DNA of 64,000 nt, from assembly GCA_030390025.1 (NCBI GenBank), contig CM059432.1:77068001-77132000 (forward strand), read 5' to 3'. Shown piece after piece: positions 27,024-38,044 of this stretch (the stretch's first letter is position 1; each line of letters opens with the position of its first letter). The translations under genes and the position numbers were made by a program. Source of the stretch: Squalus acanthias (lineage: Eukaryota). The notes beneath the pieces are model-generated. The model searched no databases and was not told the origin of the DNA. It saw nothing but the letters and a program-made list of their open reading frames with translations.

Positions 27024-27719
27024 GCATGGTACATCGGCGAGACCATGCAGACACTGAGACAACGTATGAACGAGCACCGCGCAACAATCGCCAGGCAGGA
27101 TTGTTACCTCCCAGTCGGGGAACACTTCAGCAGTCAAGGACATTCAGCCTCGGATCTGCGGGTAAGCGTTCTCCAAGGCAACCTTAGAAACACACGACAA
27201 CGCAAAATCATCGAGCAGAAACTGATAGCCAAGTTCCGCACTCATGAAGACGGTCTCAACTGGGATCTTGGGTTTATGTCACGATACATGACGTGATCCG
27301 GACTCGAGTCGTCGTTGGCTTGTTCACAGATGTGATTCCCAGTAAAAAAGTAAAAATTTTCCCAGTAAAAAAGTAAAAATTTTAAAGCTTTTCGTTTTAC
27401 ATACAGACGGCAGCTTTTGACACGTTAGAACCCCTGCGACTACACCTCATTGTCTCAGTTGTATCTTGCTATGTCTTTGATGTGGTACCTTCCTGGCTGA
27501 CTTGATTAACTTTATCACACCTCGGCAGATAGTCAGGATGATTTAATTTAGTGGTCTGCAATTGTAAGGTACACATGCTTTGTTCTCTATCTATATATGC
27601 TTTGGCGATTCTGTATCTAATTTACTTCACCTGAGGAAGGAGCAATCGATAGCTCCGAAAGCTTGTGATTTCAAATAAAACTGTTGGACTATAACCTGGT
27701 GTTGTGCGACCTCTCAATT
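27024..27719 (+). mobile_element. 5'-truncated Penelope-like element (GIY-YIG endonuclease C-terminus plus 3' UTR)
   Basis: ORF 27006-27296 reads WYIGETMQTLRQRMNEHR...PVGEHF...RKIIEQKLIAKFRTHEDGLN. Flanked by the direct repeat TTGTCTGCTATGTT (27010-27023 and 27720-27733). Confidence 0.88.
27627..27668 (+). ncRNA. Minimal type I hammerhead ribozyme motif
   Basis: TCAC-CTGAGGA-A-GGAGC-aatcgata-GCTCC-GAAAGCTT-GTGA. Stem I TCAC/GTGA, core CUGANGA, stem II GGAGC/GCTCC, GAAA, and palindromic AAGCTT in place of stem III. Confidence 0.8.
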
Positions 27720-29468
27720 TTGTCTGCTATGTTAGCAGAGGCATGGACTAGTTTAAAATGAATGTGTTAATGTCTCTGTTAATATAGCGGACAGAGGAAT
27801 ATCATACAAACAGATTAAGCACCTGTCCACTAATATTAACAATGTTTTCTAGGGTATGGTCCCTTCTTCAATTAATGCTTTTCCTGCTTACTGCCCTCAA
27901 AGTAGTGGAATCTGCTTTTCTGATTAAAAATGGAGATAAGAAATAATACGGGGAAGAAGTCACTGGTGCGAGTAGTCTATAGGCCCCCTAACAGTAGCTA
28001 CACTGTAGGACAGAGTATAAATCAAGAAATAATGGAGGCTTGTAAGAAAGGTACTGCAATAATCATGGGCGATTTTAATCTTCATATAGATTGGACAAAT
28101 CAAATTGGCAAAGGTAGCCTTGAGGATGAGCTCATAGAGTGTATTTGGGATGTTTTCTTAGAACAATACATTGTGGAACCAAGCAGGGAGCAGGCTATTT
28201 TAGATCTGGTATTGTGTAATGAGATAGGATTAATTAATGATCTCATAGTAAAGGATCCTCTAGGGAAGAGTGATCATAGCATGATAGAATTTCAAATTCA
28301 GTTTGAGGGTGAGAAACTTGGGTCTCAAACTAGTGTCCTGAACTTAAATAAAGGCAATTACAAAGGTATGAAGGCAGAGTTGGCTAAAGTGGACTGGGAA
28401 AAGAGATTAAAGGGTAAGATGGTACATAAGCAGTGGCAGACATTTAAGGAGATATTTCATAACTCTCAGCAAAGATATATTCCAGTGAGAAAGAAAGACT
28501 CTAAGAGAGGGATGAACCATCCGTGGCTAACTAAGGAAGTTAAGGATGGTATCAAATTGAAAACAAAGGTATACAATGTTGCGAAGATTAGTGGTAGGCC
28601 AGAGGATTGGGAAATTTTTAGAAACCAGCAAAGGATGACTAAAAAATAAGAAAGAGGGAGAAGATAGATTATGAGAGTAAACTAGCAAAGATATAAAAAC
28701 AGACAGTAAGAGCTGCTACAGGTATATAAAAAGGAAGAGAGTAGCTAAAGTAAACATTGGTCCCTTAGAGGATGAGACTGGGGAATTAATAATGGGAAAC
28801 AGGGAAATGGCAGAGACTTTGAACAAATATTTTGTATCAGTCTTCACGGTAGAAGACACTAAAAGCATCCCAATAATAATAGATAATCAAGGGGCTATAG
28901 GGAGGGAGGAACCTAAAACAATCACTATCACTAGAGAAAAAGTACTAGGCAAACTAATGGGGCTAAAGGTGGATAAGTCCCCTGGACCTGATGGCCTGCA
29001 TCCTAGAGTCTTAAAAGAAGTGGCTGCAGAGATAGTGGATGCATTGGTTGTAATCTACCAAAATTCCCTGGATTGGAAAACCGCAAATGTAACGCCCCTA
29101 TTCAAGAAAGGAGGGAGACAGAAAGCAGGAAACTATAGACCAGTTAGCCTAACATCTGTCATTGGGAAAATGCTGGAGTCCATTATTAAGGAAGTAGTAG
29201 CAGGACATTTAGAAAATCATTATACAATCAAGCAGAGTCAGCATGGTTTTATGAAAGGGAAATCATGTTTGACAAATTTGCTAGAGTTCTTTGAGGATGT
29301 ATCGAGCAGGGTGGATAAAGGGGAACCAGTAGATGTAGTGTATTTGGATTTCCAGAAGGCATTCGATAAGGTGCTACATAAAAGGTTACTGCACAAGATA
29401 AGAGCTCACGGGGTTGGGGGGTAATATATTAGCATGGATAGAGGATTGGCTAACTAACAGAAAACTAC

Positions 29469-30286
29469 GGGGGCGATTTTGCCAGCCCTGGGGAGGCGGG
29501 TTTGGAGGCGGGACTGCCGGGAAAATGGCAGAATCTGGGGGCGGGTACCCATCCCGCCCCAACCTGCCTCCGTGCCATCTTCCCAGGAGGCAGGTACCTG
29601 ACCCACGCCGGGTCCCATCTCCTGGAGGCGGGAAGGGGATTACAGCCACTTAACTGCCTGTTAACTACAGTTAAGAGGATTATCCCCATTTTTCCAGCTG
29701 AGGCGCAGGCTTCCCGATGACGGGAAACCCCGCCAGCATCATCGAGGTGAGCAGTGGGTCTGCGGGGTCCAAAAGTGCGATGTGGAGGTAAGTGATGGGT
29801 GCAAGTGTGGAGAGGTAAATATGTGAGGTGAGTGAAAAGTGATAGAAAATGTTTACTTACCTTTGTTTCTTCCTGCAGGCTTCAACAGTTGGGGAACCGA
29901 AGACTCCTCATCTCACCGGCAGAGATGACAGATGGCTGCTGCATTCTCTGAGCAACAGCCATCTGATTTCTGCTCAGCAGATAGGTTGGATGAGTCTTGA
30001 ATACAAGGACTCATCAAACAACAGAGAATGTCTGAGTTTGACAGCTTCACAGAACTGTCAAACGATTACAATTCATGTCAAAAAATTTTGACAAATGAAA
30101 CGTCATACGCTGACGTTCTCTGTAACCGGCTTCCCCTTAATTGGCCTGCTAAACCCGCTGGGCAGGCTTAACAAGGTCAATCAAGGGAAAATAGCTTGGG
30201 TTGGCCACAAGTCGATGGAGTCGGGACTAAAACCCGACAAGCAGCAGTCCTGCCTCCAACGCGCCCCCATTGGCAAAATCACCCCC
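29469..30286 (+). mobile_element. Hairpin-rich MITE, copy 1, inside CR1
   Basis: TIRs GGGGGCGATTTTGCCA / TGGCAAAATCACCCCC. It splits the CR1 RT sequence (…AACAGAAAAC | AGAGAGTCGGGATAAATGG…). Confidence 0.9.
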
Positions 30287-30796
30287 AGAGAGTCGGGATA
30301 AATGGGTCATTCTTCAGGTTGGCAAATTGTAACTAGTGGGGTAACACAGGGATCAGTGCTGGGGCCTCAACTATTTACAATCTATATTAATGAATTGGAT
30401 GAAGAGACCGAGTGTAATGTAGTCAAATTTGCTAATGATATAAAGATAGGTGGGAAAGCAAGTTGTGAGGAGGACACAAAGAATCTGCAAAGGGATATAG
30501 ATAGGTTAGATGAGTGGGCAAAAATTTGGCAAATGGAGTATAATGTGGGAAAATGTGAGGTAGGAAGAATAAAAAACAAATTATTATTTAAATGGAGAGA
30601 GACTACAAAATGCTGCGGTACAGAGGGATCTGGGGGTCCTTGTACATGAAACACAAAAGGTTCAGCAAGTAATTAGGAAGGAAAATGGAATGTTGGCCTT
30701 TATTGCAAGGGGGATGGAGTCTAAAAGTAGGGAAGTCTTGCTACAACTGTACAGGGCGTTGGTGAGACCACACCTGGAGTACCATGTACAGTTTTG

Positions 30797-31480
30797 AGGG
30801 GTGATTTTGCCAATGGGGAGCTTTTGGAGGCAGGGCTCCCACTTGTCGGGTTTTAGTCCCACCTCCATCGACTTCTGGCCAACCCACGTCAAACAGTGGC
30901 ATTCTCTGTAGTTTGATGAGATCTTGAATTCAAGACCTCATCAAACCTCTTTCTTTTGCAGAAATGAGATGGTTGTTGCATTGGAGAATACAACGGTCAT
31001 CTGTCATCTCTACCGCGGAGGTGCGAGACTCTCCGCATCCCCACCGACTGAAACCTGCAGGAAGAAACAAAGGTAAGTAAACTTTTTCTAACACTTTCCA
31101 CTTACCTCAGATACTCAGATCTCCACACTTGCACCCATCACTTACCTTCACAGCGCACTTTTGCACCCCGCAGACCCCCGCAGACGCACTACTTGTCTCG
31201 GTGACCCCGGCGGGGTTCGGAGCCTTCAGGAAGCCCGCACTTGTGTGGACAAAATGGTGATAAGCCTATTTTCTGCCTGTTAACTACCTGTTAACAGGCA
31301 GTTAAGTGACTGTAATCTCTTCCTGCCTCCAAGGAGACGGGACCCGGCATGGGACGGCTACCCACTTCCTGGCAAGATGGCACGGAGACGGGTTGGGGAC
31401 CCGCCCCCAAATTCTGTCATTTTCCTGCCTGGCAGTCCCACCTCCATACCCACCTCCCCAGGGCTGGCAAAATCGCACCC
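30797..31480 (-). mobile_element. Hairpin-rich MITE, copy 2 (inverted, internally deleted), inside CR1
   Basis: TIRs AGGGGTGATTTTGCCA / TGGCAAAATCGCACCC. 3-bp TSD TTG splitting CR1 CAGTTTTGGTCTCC. Confidence 0.9.
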
Positions 31481-32961
31481 TTGGTCTCCTTATTTAAGGA
31501 GGCAGTTCAGAGAAGGTTCACTAGGTTGATTCCTGAGATGAGGGGGTTGTCTTATGAAGAAAGGTTGAGCAGGTTGGGCCGATGCATACTGGAGTTTAGA
31601 AGAATGAGAGGTGATCTTATTGAAACATATAAGATTCTGAGGGGGCTTGACAGGGTAGACGCAGAGAGGATGTTTCCCCTCAATGGGGGAATCTAGAACT
31701 AGGGGGCATAGTTTCAGAATAAGGGGTAGCCCATTTAAAATGGAGATGAGGAGGAATTCCTTCTCTCAGAGGGTCGTGAATCTTTGGAATTCCCTACCCC
31801 AGAGGCTGTAGAGGCTGGGTCATTAAATATATTTAAGGTGGAGATAGACAGATTTTTGAACTATGGGCGAGTCAAGGGTTATGGGGAGCGGGCAGGAAAG
31901 TGGAGTTGAGGCCAAGATCAGATCAACCATGATCTTATTGAATGGCGGAGCAGGTTTGAGGGGCCAAATGGCCTACTCCTGCTCCTATTTCTTATGTTCT
32001 TATGTTCTAAGCTGTATTTGATGGGTTTCAGCACTTGGTTGTTTCAATATAAAGCAGCTTTTAAGAGCTTTCTAATGTTACTGTTAAGCAACTTACTTTT
32101 AACGCTTACTATCTCCTCCCTGGCCTAATTAAATCAGGCCTGAAATGATGGGGAAGGGATAAATCGTCCGCTTCTCCTGGGGTTGAGGCAGAATGGGGTT
32201 TCTGCCCGATTTACCCTCCATCAAAAAACCTGCATCGGGGAATTGGGCTGGGGGGGGGGGGGCGGAAGGAAAGAGGGGGTGGGTGCCACTTCTACCTGCC
32301 CCCCCCACACCCCCCTTTGTTCTGGTAGAAGTCTGGGGAATGCCCGAGAGGCGTTCTCGGTTATCTCTGAAATTCTGCACAGCTTGCCCCTCTTAGACCC
32401 AGCGTATCAGGCATGGGTTCTGTTCTGGGCCTTCTGAATGCCCCAAGAAGGCAATGAGCAAGGGTAGTCAATCTCAGAGAGGATCAATTACTTCAGAATG
32501 CAGGTCTTAGTTTCCTTCTGTGAAGTATAATCATTTTTCTTCCCCTCTTCAGCCCACTAAGGGCCTCGGGCTCCCCCACTGAAACATCAGTGGATGAGGA
32601 ACCCAGCAATTTCAGGATGTGGGTTTTGTCTTTTGTGCCATTTATATTTTTCCCTTCAACAATTCCTAACACTATATAAAATGCATGCCCATCTGAGATT
32701 GAATACATCTATATCTGGGGAAGCTCTTCTAACACCAGATTAAACACTGATGCATTGGAGATTGTTTGGAAATAAGCGATAAAGATGATTCCAGGATGAA
32801 AAGCTCTAATCCAAGGAGTTCTAAGATCTGGCCCATGAGCCAAATGATCCCTGAGAACTCCTTTAATCTGGCCTGCGAAGCCTTTGCCAGTTACTTTCTC
32901 GTTTGTGTGTTTGTCAAATTTTTTTTTTTATAACACTCCTGTGAAACGCCTTTTTAAAATT

Positions 32962-33235
32962 TGTTTATGGGATGTGGGCGCTGCTGGCAAAGCCAGCATT
33001 TATTGTCCATTCCTTATTGCCCTTGAGAAGGTGGTGGTGAGCCACGTTCTTGATGAAGGTACTCCCACAGTGCTGACCCAGCAACGATGAAAGATCGGCG
33101 ATATACTTCTAAGTCAGGATGGCGTGTGACTTGGAGGGGAACTTGGAGGTGGTGGTGTTCCCATGCGCCTGCTGCCCTTGTCCTTCTAGGTGGAAGAGGT
33201 CGCGGGTTTGGGAGGTGCTGCCGAAGAAGCCTTGG
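32962..33235 (-). mobile_element. 3' fragment of the LINE family at 59074-61520
   Basis: GGGATGTGGGCGCTGCTGGC...TTGCCCTTGAGAAGGTGGTGGTGAGC...GACTTGGAGGGGAACTTGGAGG is the reverse complement of ~61225-61520. Confidence 0.85.
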
Positions 33236-35513
33236 GACGTTTTATTACTTTAAAGGCGCTATATAAGTTGTTGTTGTTAGTGTACAAAGTTGATTGTGAC
33301 TTCAGCGCTTGAAACTTCCTGGACCTGGACAACTGGAAACAATAGGTTCCTCATCAATTGGTTTTGATCCATCAGGGAGCAGCATTTTTTTAACTAATCA
33401 GGAATAGCCGCTCTTTCTGCCTCAGGAACTTTAAAGAGCTGAAGCTAACAAGTTTTTAAGTTTCTAGAAAAGGGGGGAAATATAGACAATGGGGCAAATG
33501 GGGAAGGAATGGGAAGGCTTGCATTGTTTTTGAGCATGGGGTCATTGGAATTTTTGTGCATTGCGGGTCTCACTTTTTTACAGATGGGAGTCTGGCATTT
33601 TTTTTACATAGTGGGTCTCGTGCATGGACTGTTGCATTTTTCTGTATGGGGGTTTGCATTTCTGTGTAATCATGTGTGGCCCACTCACTGGCTTTGGCAA
33701 TGTACCCGGCCCTCAGCTCTGAAAGGTTAGACAACCCTGCTCGAATCTGTAAAGAAATACTCAGACAGCTGAAAGAGTTTCCACTGCAATTTGTGGAATT
33801 ACTGGAGGAACTTTTAACTTTGGCAGGGGTGCAAAATGGGCAATATCGATTAGTCCACCCAGTTATACACCGCCTGAATTTCCTTTCCATTGAAGTTAAT
33901 GAAAATTAGATACAGATGAAGTGAAAAGTGAAACTTAAAGTCTCAAAAGTAAAGGTCAATAAAACCGACGCATGCTGAAGTTCAGATGTACCATAAGAAT
34001 CTACAGAGTATGACAATTAGTTTGATAATATTAAAGGGCCTCTTTTTTAAAATGATTTTGCATAACATGTCAGTGAGGAAATGAGGATCCAGAAAAATTG
34101 CAACATATTTACTAAAACATTTCAGAAATTTAAGCTAAGGACACAGGGCTGAGTCACAGCACAGATTCTAAAGCCACTTTTACACTGTCACTCATTTAGT
34201 ATAAATTCCAAGAGACCCAAATCTGTGTACCACATTTACACTAAATCTGGCTCTTAACCCAGCAGCAGAATCATACACTCACGAAAACTGCTGTCAAGAT
34301 AAGGGAGCTGGGGTTTAGTAATGTAAACATCTGGAGCCGGATCACGAATGCTGGTATGCTAGATTCTAACCTAAATGAGCGCCAGTTTAAAAGCAACTTA
34401 ATTTGTTTTCTGGAACAGTAACCTACTTTCCCATATCAAGGACAAAGGACTTGGACAGAGAGGTGATGGAGAAACAACCTTCTGTTTAAGAAGCCTCAGT
34501 AAAAAATATTCCTTGGATGATGGATGGCACTACAACGTGCCAGTGGTATCTACCCCCTCCTTTTCATCTCCCTCTTCAGACAAGGCAATAGCACCTTCCA
34601 CCAATAAATCAGCTGTGATTTGAGTTGTGGATGAATTATTTGTGCAAATATGAAAGTATGATTTATGAACAGATGATTCTGCATCATCTGAGGAGGGTTT
34701 GTTCTCTGGTGCATTTTGGACTGAGCTAGTTTGCTTACCAAATTGCATACAGTGGAGCTATACATGAATAATGTGTTACATAATATGGTATTGGCAATCA
34801 CATTGTGTTAGCCTCAACTACAACTAATTTATAAAGTAAATAACATATATATAGCAAAAACAGTATTTGATATTCCATCATTGCAAAGCAGTGGCCCTGA
34901 TATCTCCTTGGCATCATACCTCTATTATTATAAACCAATGCCATGGGAAGTTTGTTAGTAATATATTAAAGATGGTACATTAACACCCCAGATATCACAA
35001 TCCAGATGAATAATGCAAATTTCTGTATCATACATAATACTGGAGCCAGAATATCTGCAGCTTCTTCACTAACTTCCCACAAACAAAGCCAGGGTTCATA
35101 GAATGTTACAGTACAGAAATATATCACTTGGTCCATCAAGTCTGTACTAACATTTTTATCTACAAATGCCAGGTAGTCTAATCCCACTCTCCTGCTCGCT
35201 CCCCAGGCCTTCTAATATTCTTTTCAAGCAACTATATAATTCCCTTGTAAAAAAATGTATCAACTCTAGCCACTAGAGGAGGGCCTGGCTATGGGACCAG
35301 TGAGGAAGAGAGTGGGGGCCGAGAAATTCAGGGGTTTAACGCCAGCTGTTAAGGAAGGTTTTGTGGAAAAAATGGTGTCCGCCTCACTCCTGCCCACTTC
35401 CGGCGCAGGCCGCTCTGGACGCCATATTGGTGAGGGCAAAAATAAGGTGCTGTTTAGCTTCGTCTGAAGCAGGCGTATGCCATTAACATATTCAAATAAG
35501 AAGCCTAACGCCT

Positions 35514-36105
35514 GATCCTGGCCCCGAGCCCTGACCCCCCACCGATCCTGGACACGACCTCCCCCCCGATCCTGGACACGACCACACCCCACCCCCCGAT
35601 CCTGGACATGACCCCCCCCCCCAATCCTGGCCACAACCTCCCCCTCCCAATCTTGGCCACGACCGCCCCCACCCCACCAGATCCTGGCCACGACCCCCAC
35701 TCCTCCCCCAATCCTGGCCACAACCTGCCCCCCGATCCTGGCCACGACCCCCCCCCTCCCCGATCCTGGCCACGACCCCCCCCTCCCCGATCCTGGCCAC
35801 GACCCCCCCTCCCCGATCCTGGCCACGACCGCACCCCCCCACCAGATCCTGGCCACGACCCCCCCTCCCCGATCCTGGCCACGACCCCCCCTCCCCGATC
35901 CTGGCCACGACCGCACCCCACCAATCCTGGCCACGACCGCCTCCCCCCCCCACCAGATCCTGGCCACGACCCCCCCTCCCCGATCCTGGCCACGACCCCC
36001 CCTCCCCGATCCTGGCCACGACCGCACCCCACCAATCCTGGCCACGACCGCCTCCCCCCCCCACCAGATCCTGGCCACGACCCCCACCCCCCCAAATCCT
36101 GGCCA
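35514..36105. repeat. GC-rich minisatellite (GATCCTGGCCACGACC plus C-run), ~22 monomers with a 111-bp higher-order unit
   Basis: Monomers of roughly 24-33 bp. The ACCAGATCC variant recurs at 35841, 35952 and 36063. The array follows a MITE-like end (GGGGGCCGAGAAATTC, ~35314). Confidence 0.9.
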
Positions 36106-37140
36106 TGACCACAGTAGAAAGGTTGACTGTACTTAAAGTAGATAAGTCACCAGGGATGTATCCAAGGATGCTGAGGGAATTAAAGGTGGAAATTGCAGAG
36201 GTACTGGCCATAATCTTCCAATCCTCCTTAGATACGCGGGTGGTGCCAGAGGACTGGAGAATTACAAATGTTACACACTTGTTCAAAAAAGGGTGTAAGG
36301 ATAAACCCAGCAACTACAGATCAGTCAGTTTAACCTCGGTAGTGGGGAAACTTTTAGAAACGATAATCAGAGACAAAATTAACAGTCACTTGGACAAGTG
36401 TGGATTAATTAAGGAAAGCCAGCACGGATTTGTTAAAGGCAAATCGTGTTTAACTAACTTGATTCAGTTTTCTGATGAGGTAACAGAGAGGGTTGATGAG
36501 GGCAATGTGGTTGATGTGGTGTACATGGACTTCCAAAAAGCGTTTGATAAAGTGTCACATAATAGGTTTGCCAGCAAAGTTGAAGCCCATGGAATAAAAG
36601 GAACAGTGGCAGCATGGATACGAAATATGTGGTGAATGGTTGTTTTTGGGACTGGAGGAAGGTGTGGTGTGGTGTTCCCCAGGGGTCGGTACCAGGACCA
36701 CTGCTTTTCTTGATATATATTAATGACTTGGACTTGGGTGTACAGGACACAATTTCAAAATTTGCAGATGACACAAAACTTGGAAGTATAGTGAACAGTG
36801 AGGAGGATAGTGATAGACTTCAAGAGGATATAGACAGGCTGGTGGAATGGGCGGACACGTGGCAGATGACATTTAACGCAGAAAAGTGCGAAGTGATACA
36901 TTTTGGTAGGAAGAACGAGAAACAATATAAACTAAAGGGTACAATTCAAAAGGGGGTGCATGAACAGAAAGACCTGGGGGTATATGTGCACAAATCATTG
37001 AAGGTGGCAGGGCAGGTTGAGAAAGTGGTTAAAAAAGGCCGACAGGATCCTGGGCTTTATAATTGGAGGCATAGAGCACAAAAGCAAGGAAGTTATGAAG
37101 AACCTTTATAAAACACTGGTTTGGCCTCAACTGGAGTACT

Positions 37141-37785
37141 GGGGGCAATTTTGCCAGCCCTGGGGAGGCGGGACTGCCGGGAAAATGGCAGAATCTGGGA
37201 GCGGGTACCCATCCCGCCCCCAACCCGCCTCCGTGCCAGCTTCCCAGGAGGCGGATACCCGACCCGCGCCGGGTCCCGTCTCCTCGAGGCGGGAAGGGGA
37301 TTAGTGCCAATTAACTGCCTGTTAACAGGTAGTTAAAAGGCAGATTTTTGGCTAATCCCTATTTTGAGCCCTAAAGTGTGGGCTTCCCGACGGCTCCGAA
37401 CCTCGCCAAGGTCAGCGAGGCGAGCCGTGGGTCTGCGGGGGTCGATGCAACAGTCATCTGATTTCTGCCGAGGAAATAGGTTTTGGTGAGTCTTGAGTAC
37501 AAGGACTCACCAAAGAACAGAGATTATCAGTGTTTGACAGCTTCTCAAAGCTGTCAAACGATGGCAATTCATCTGTCAAAAATTTTTGACAGATGAAACG
37601 TCATACGATGACGTTCTCTGTCACCGGCTTTCCCTTAGTTGGCCTGCTAAGCCCGCTGGGCGGGCTTAACAAGGTCAATCAAGGGAAAATAGCGTGGGTT
37701 GGCCGGACGTTGATGGAGGCGGGACTAAAATCCGACAAGCAGCAGTCTTGCCGCCATCACGTCCTCATTGATAAAATCACCCCCC
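37141..37785 (+). mobile_element. Hairpin-rich MITE, copy 3 (central deletion), inside CR1
   Basis: TIRs GGGGGCAATTTTGCCA / TGATAAAATCACCCCC. It splits CR1 CTGGAGTACT | GTGTCCAATTCTGG. Confidence 0.9.
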
Positions 37786-38044
37786 TACGTGTCCAATTCT
37801 GGGCACCGCACTTTAGGAAGGATGTGAAGGCCTTAGAGAGGGTGCAGAAAAGATTTACGAGAATGGTTCCAGGGTTGAGGAACTTCAGTTACGTGGATAG
37901 ACTAGAGAAGCTGGGGTTGTTCTCCTTATAGCAGAGAAGCTTGAGAGGAGATTTGATAGAGGTGTTCAAAATCATAGAAACATAGAAGATAGGAGCAGGA
38001 GTAGGCCATTCGGCCCCTCGAGCCTGCTCCGCCATTTAATGAGA

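Larger units (their letters stand above)
27929..32009 (+). mobile_element. CR1 LINE ORF2 region (APE endonuclease plus RT, frameshifted), interrupted by two MITEs
   Basis: ORFs contain VYRPP, MGDFN, SDH, KSPGPDG, NYRPVSLTS, YLDFQKAFD and QGSVLGP. CR1 3' UTR ends in a (TTCTTATG)n tail at ~31989-32009. Confidence 0.95.

Noticed and set aside
35266..36313. Repetitive ORFs of 166-273 aa (VVARIG, SWPGSG)
   Set aside because: Artefacts of the stop-free minisatellite.
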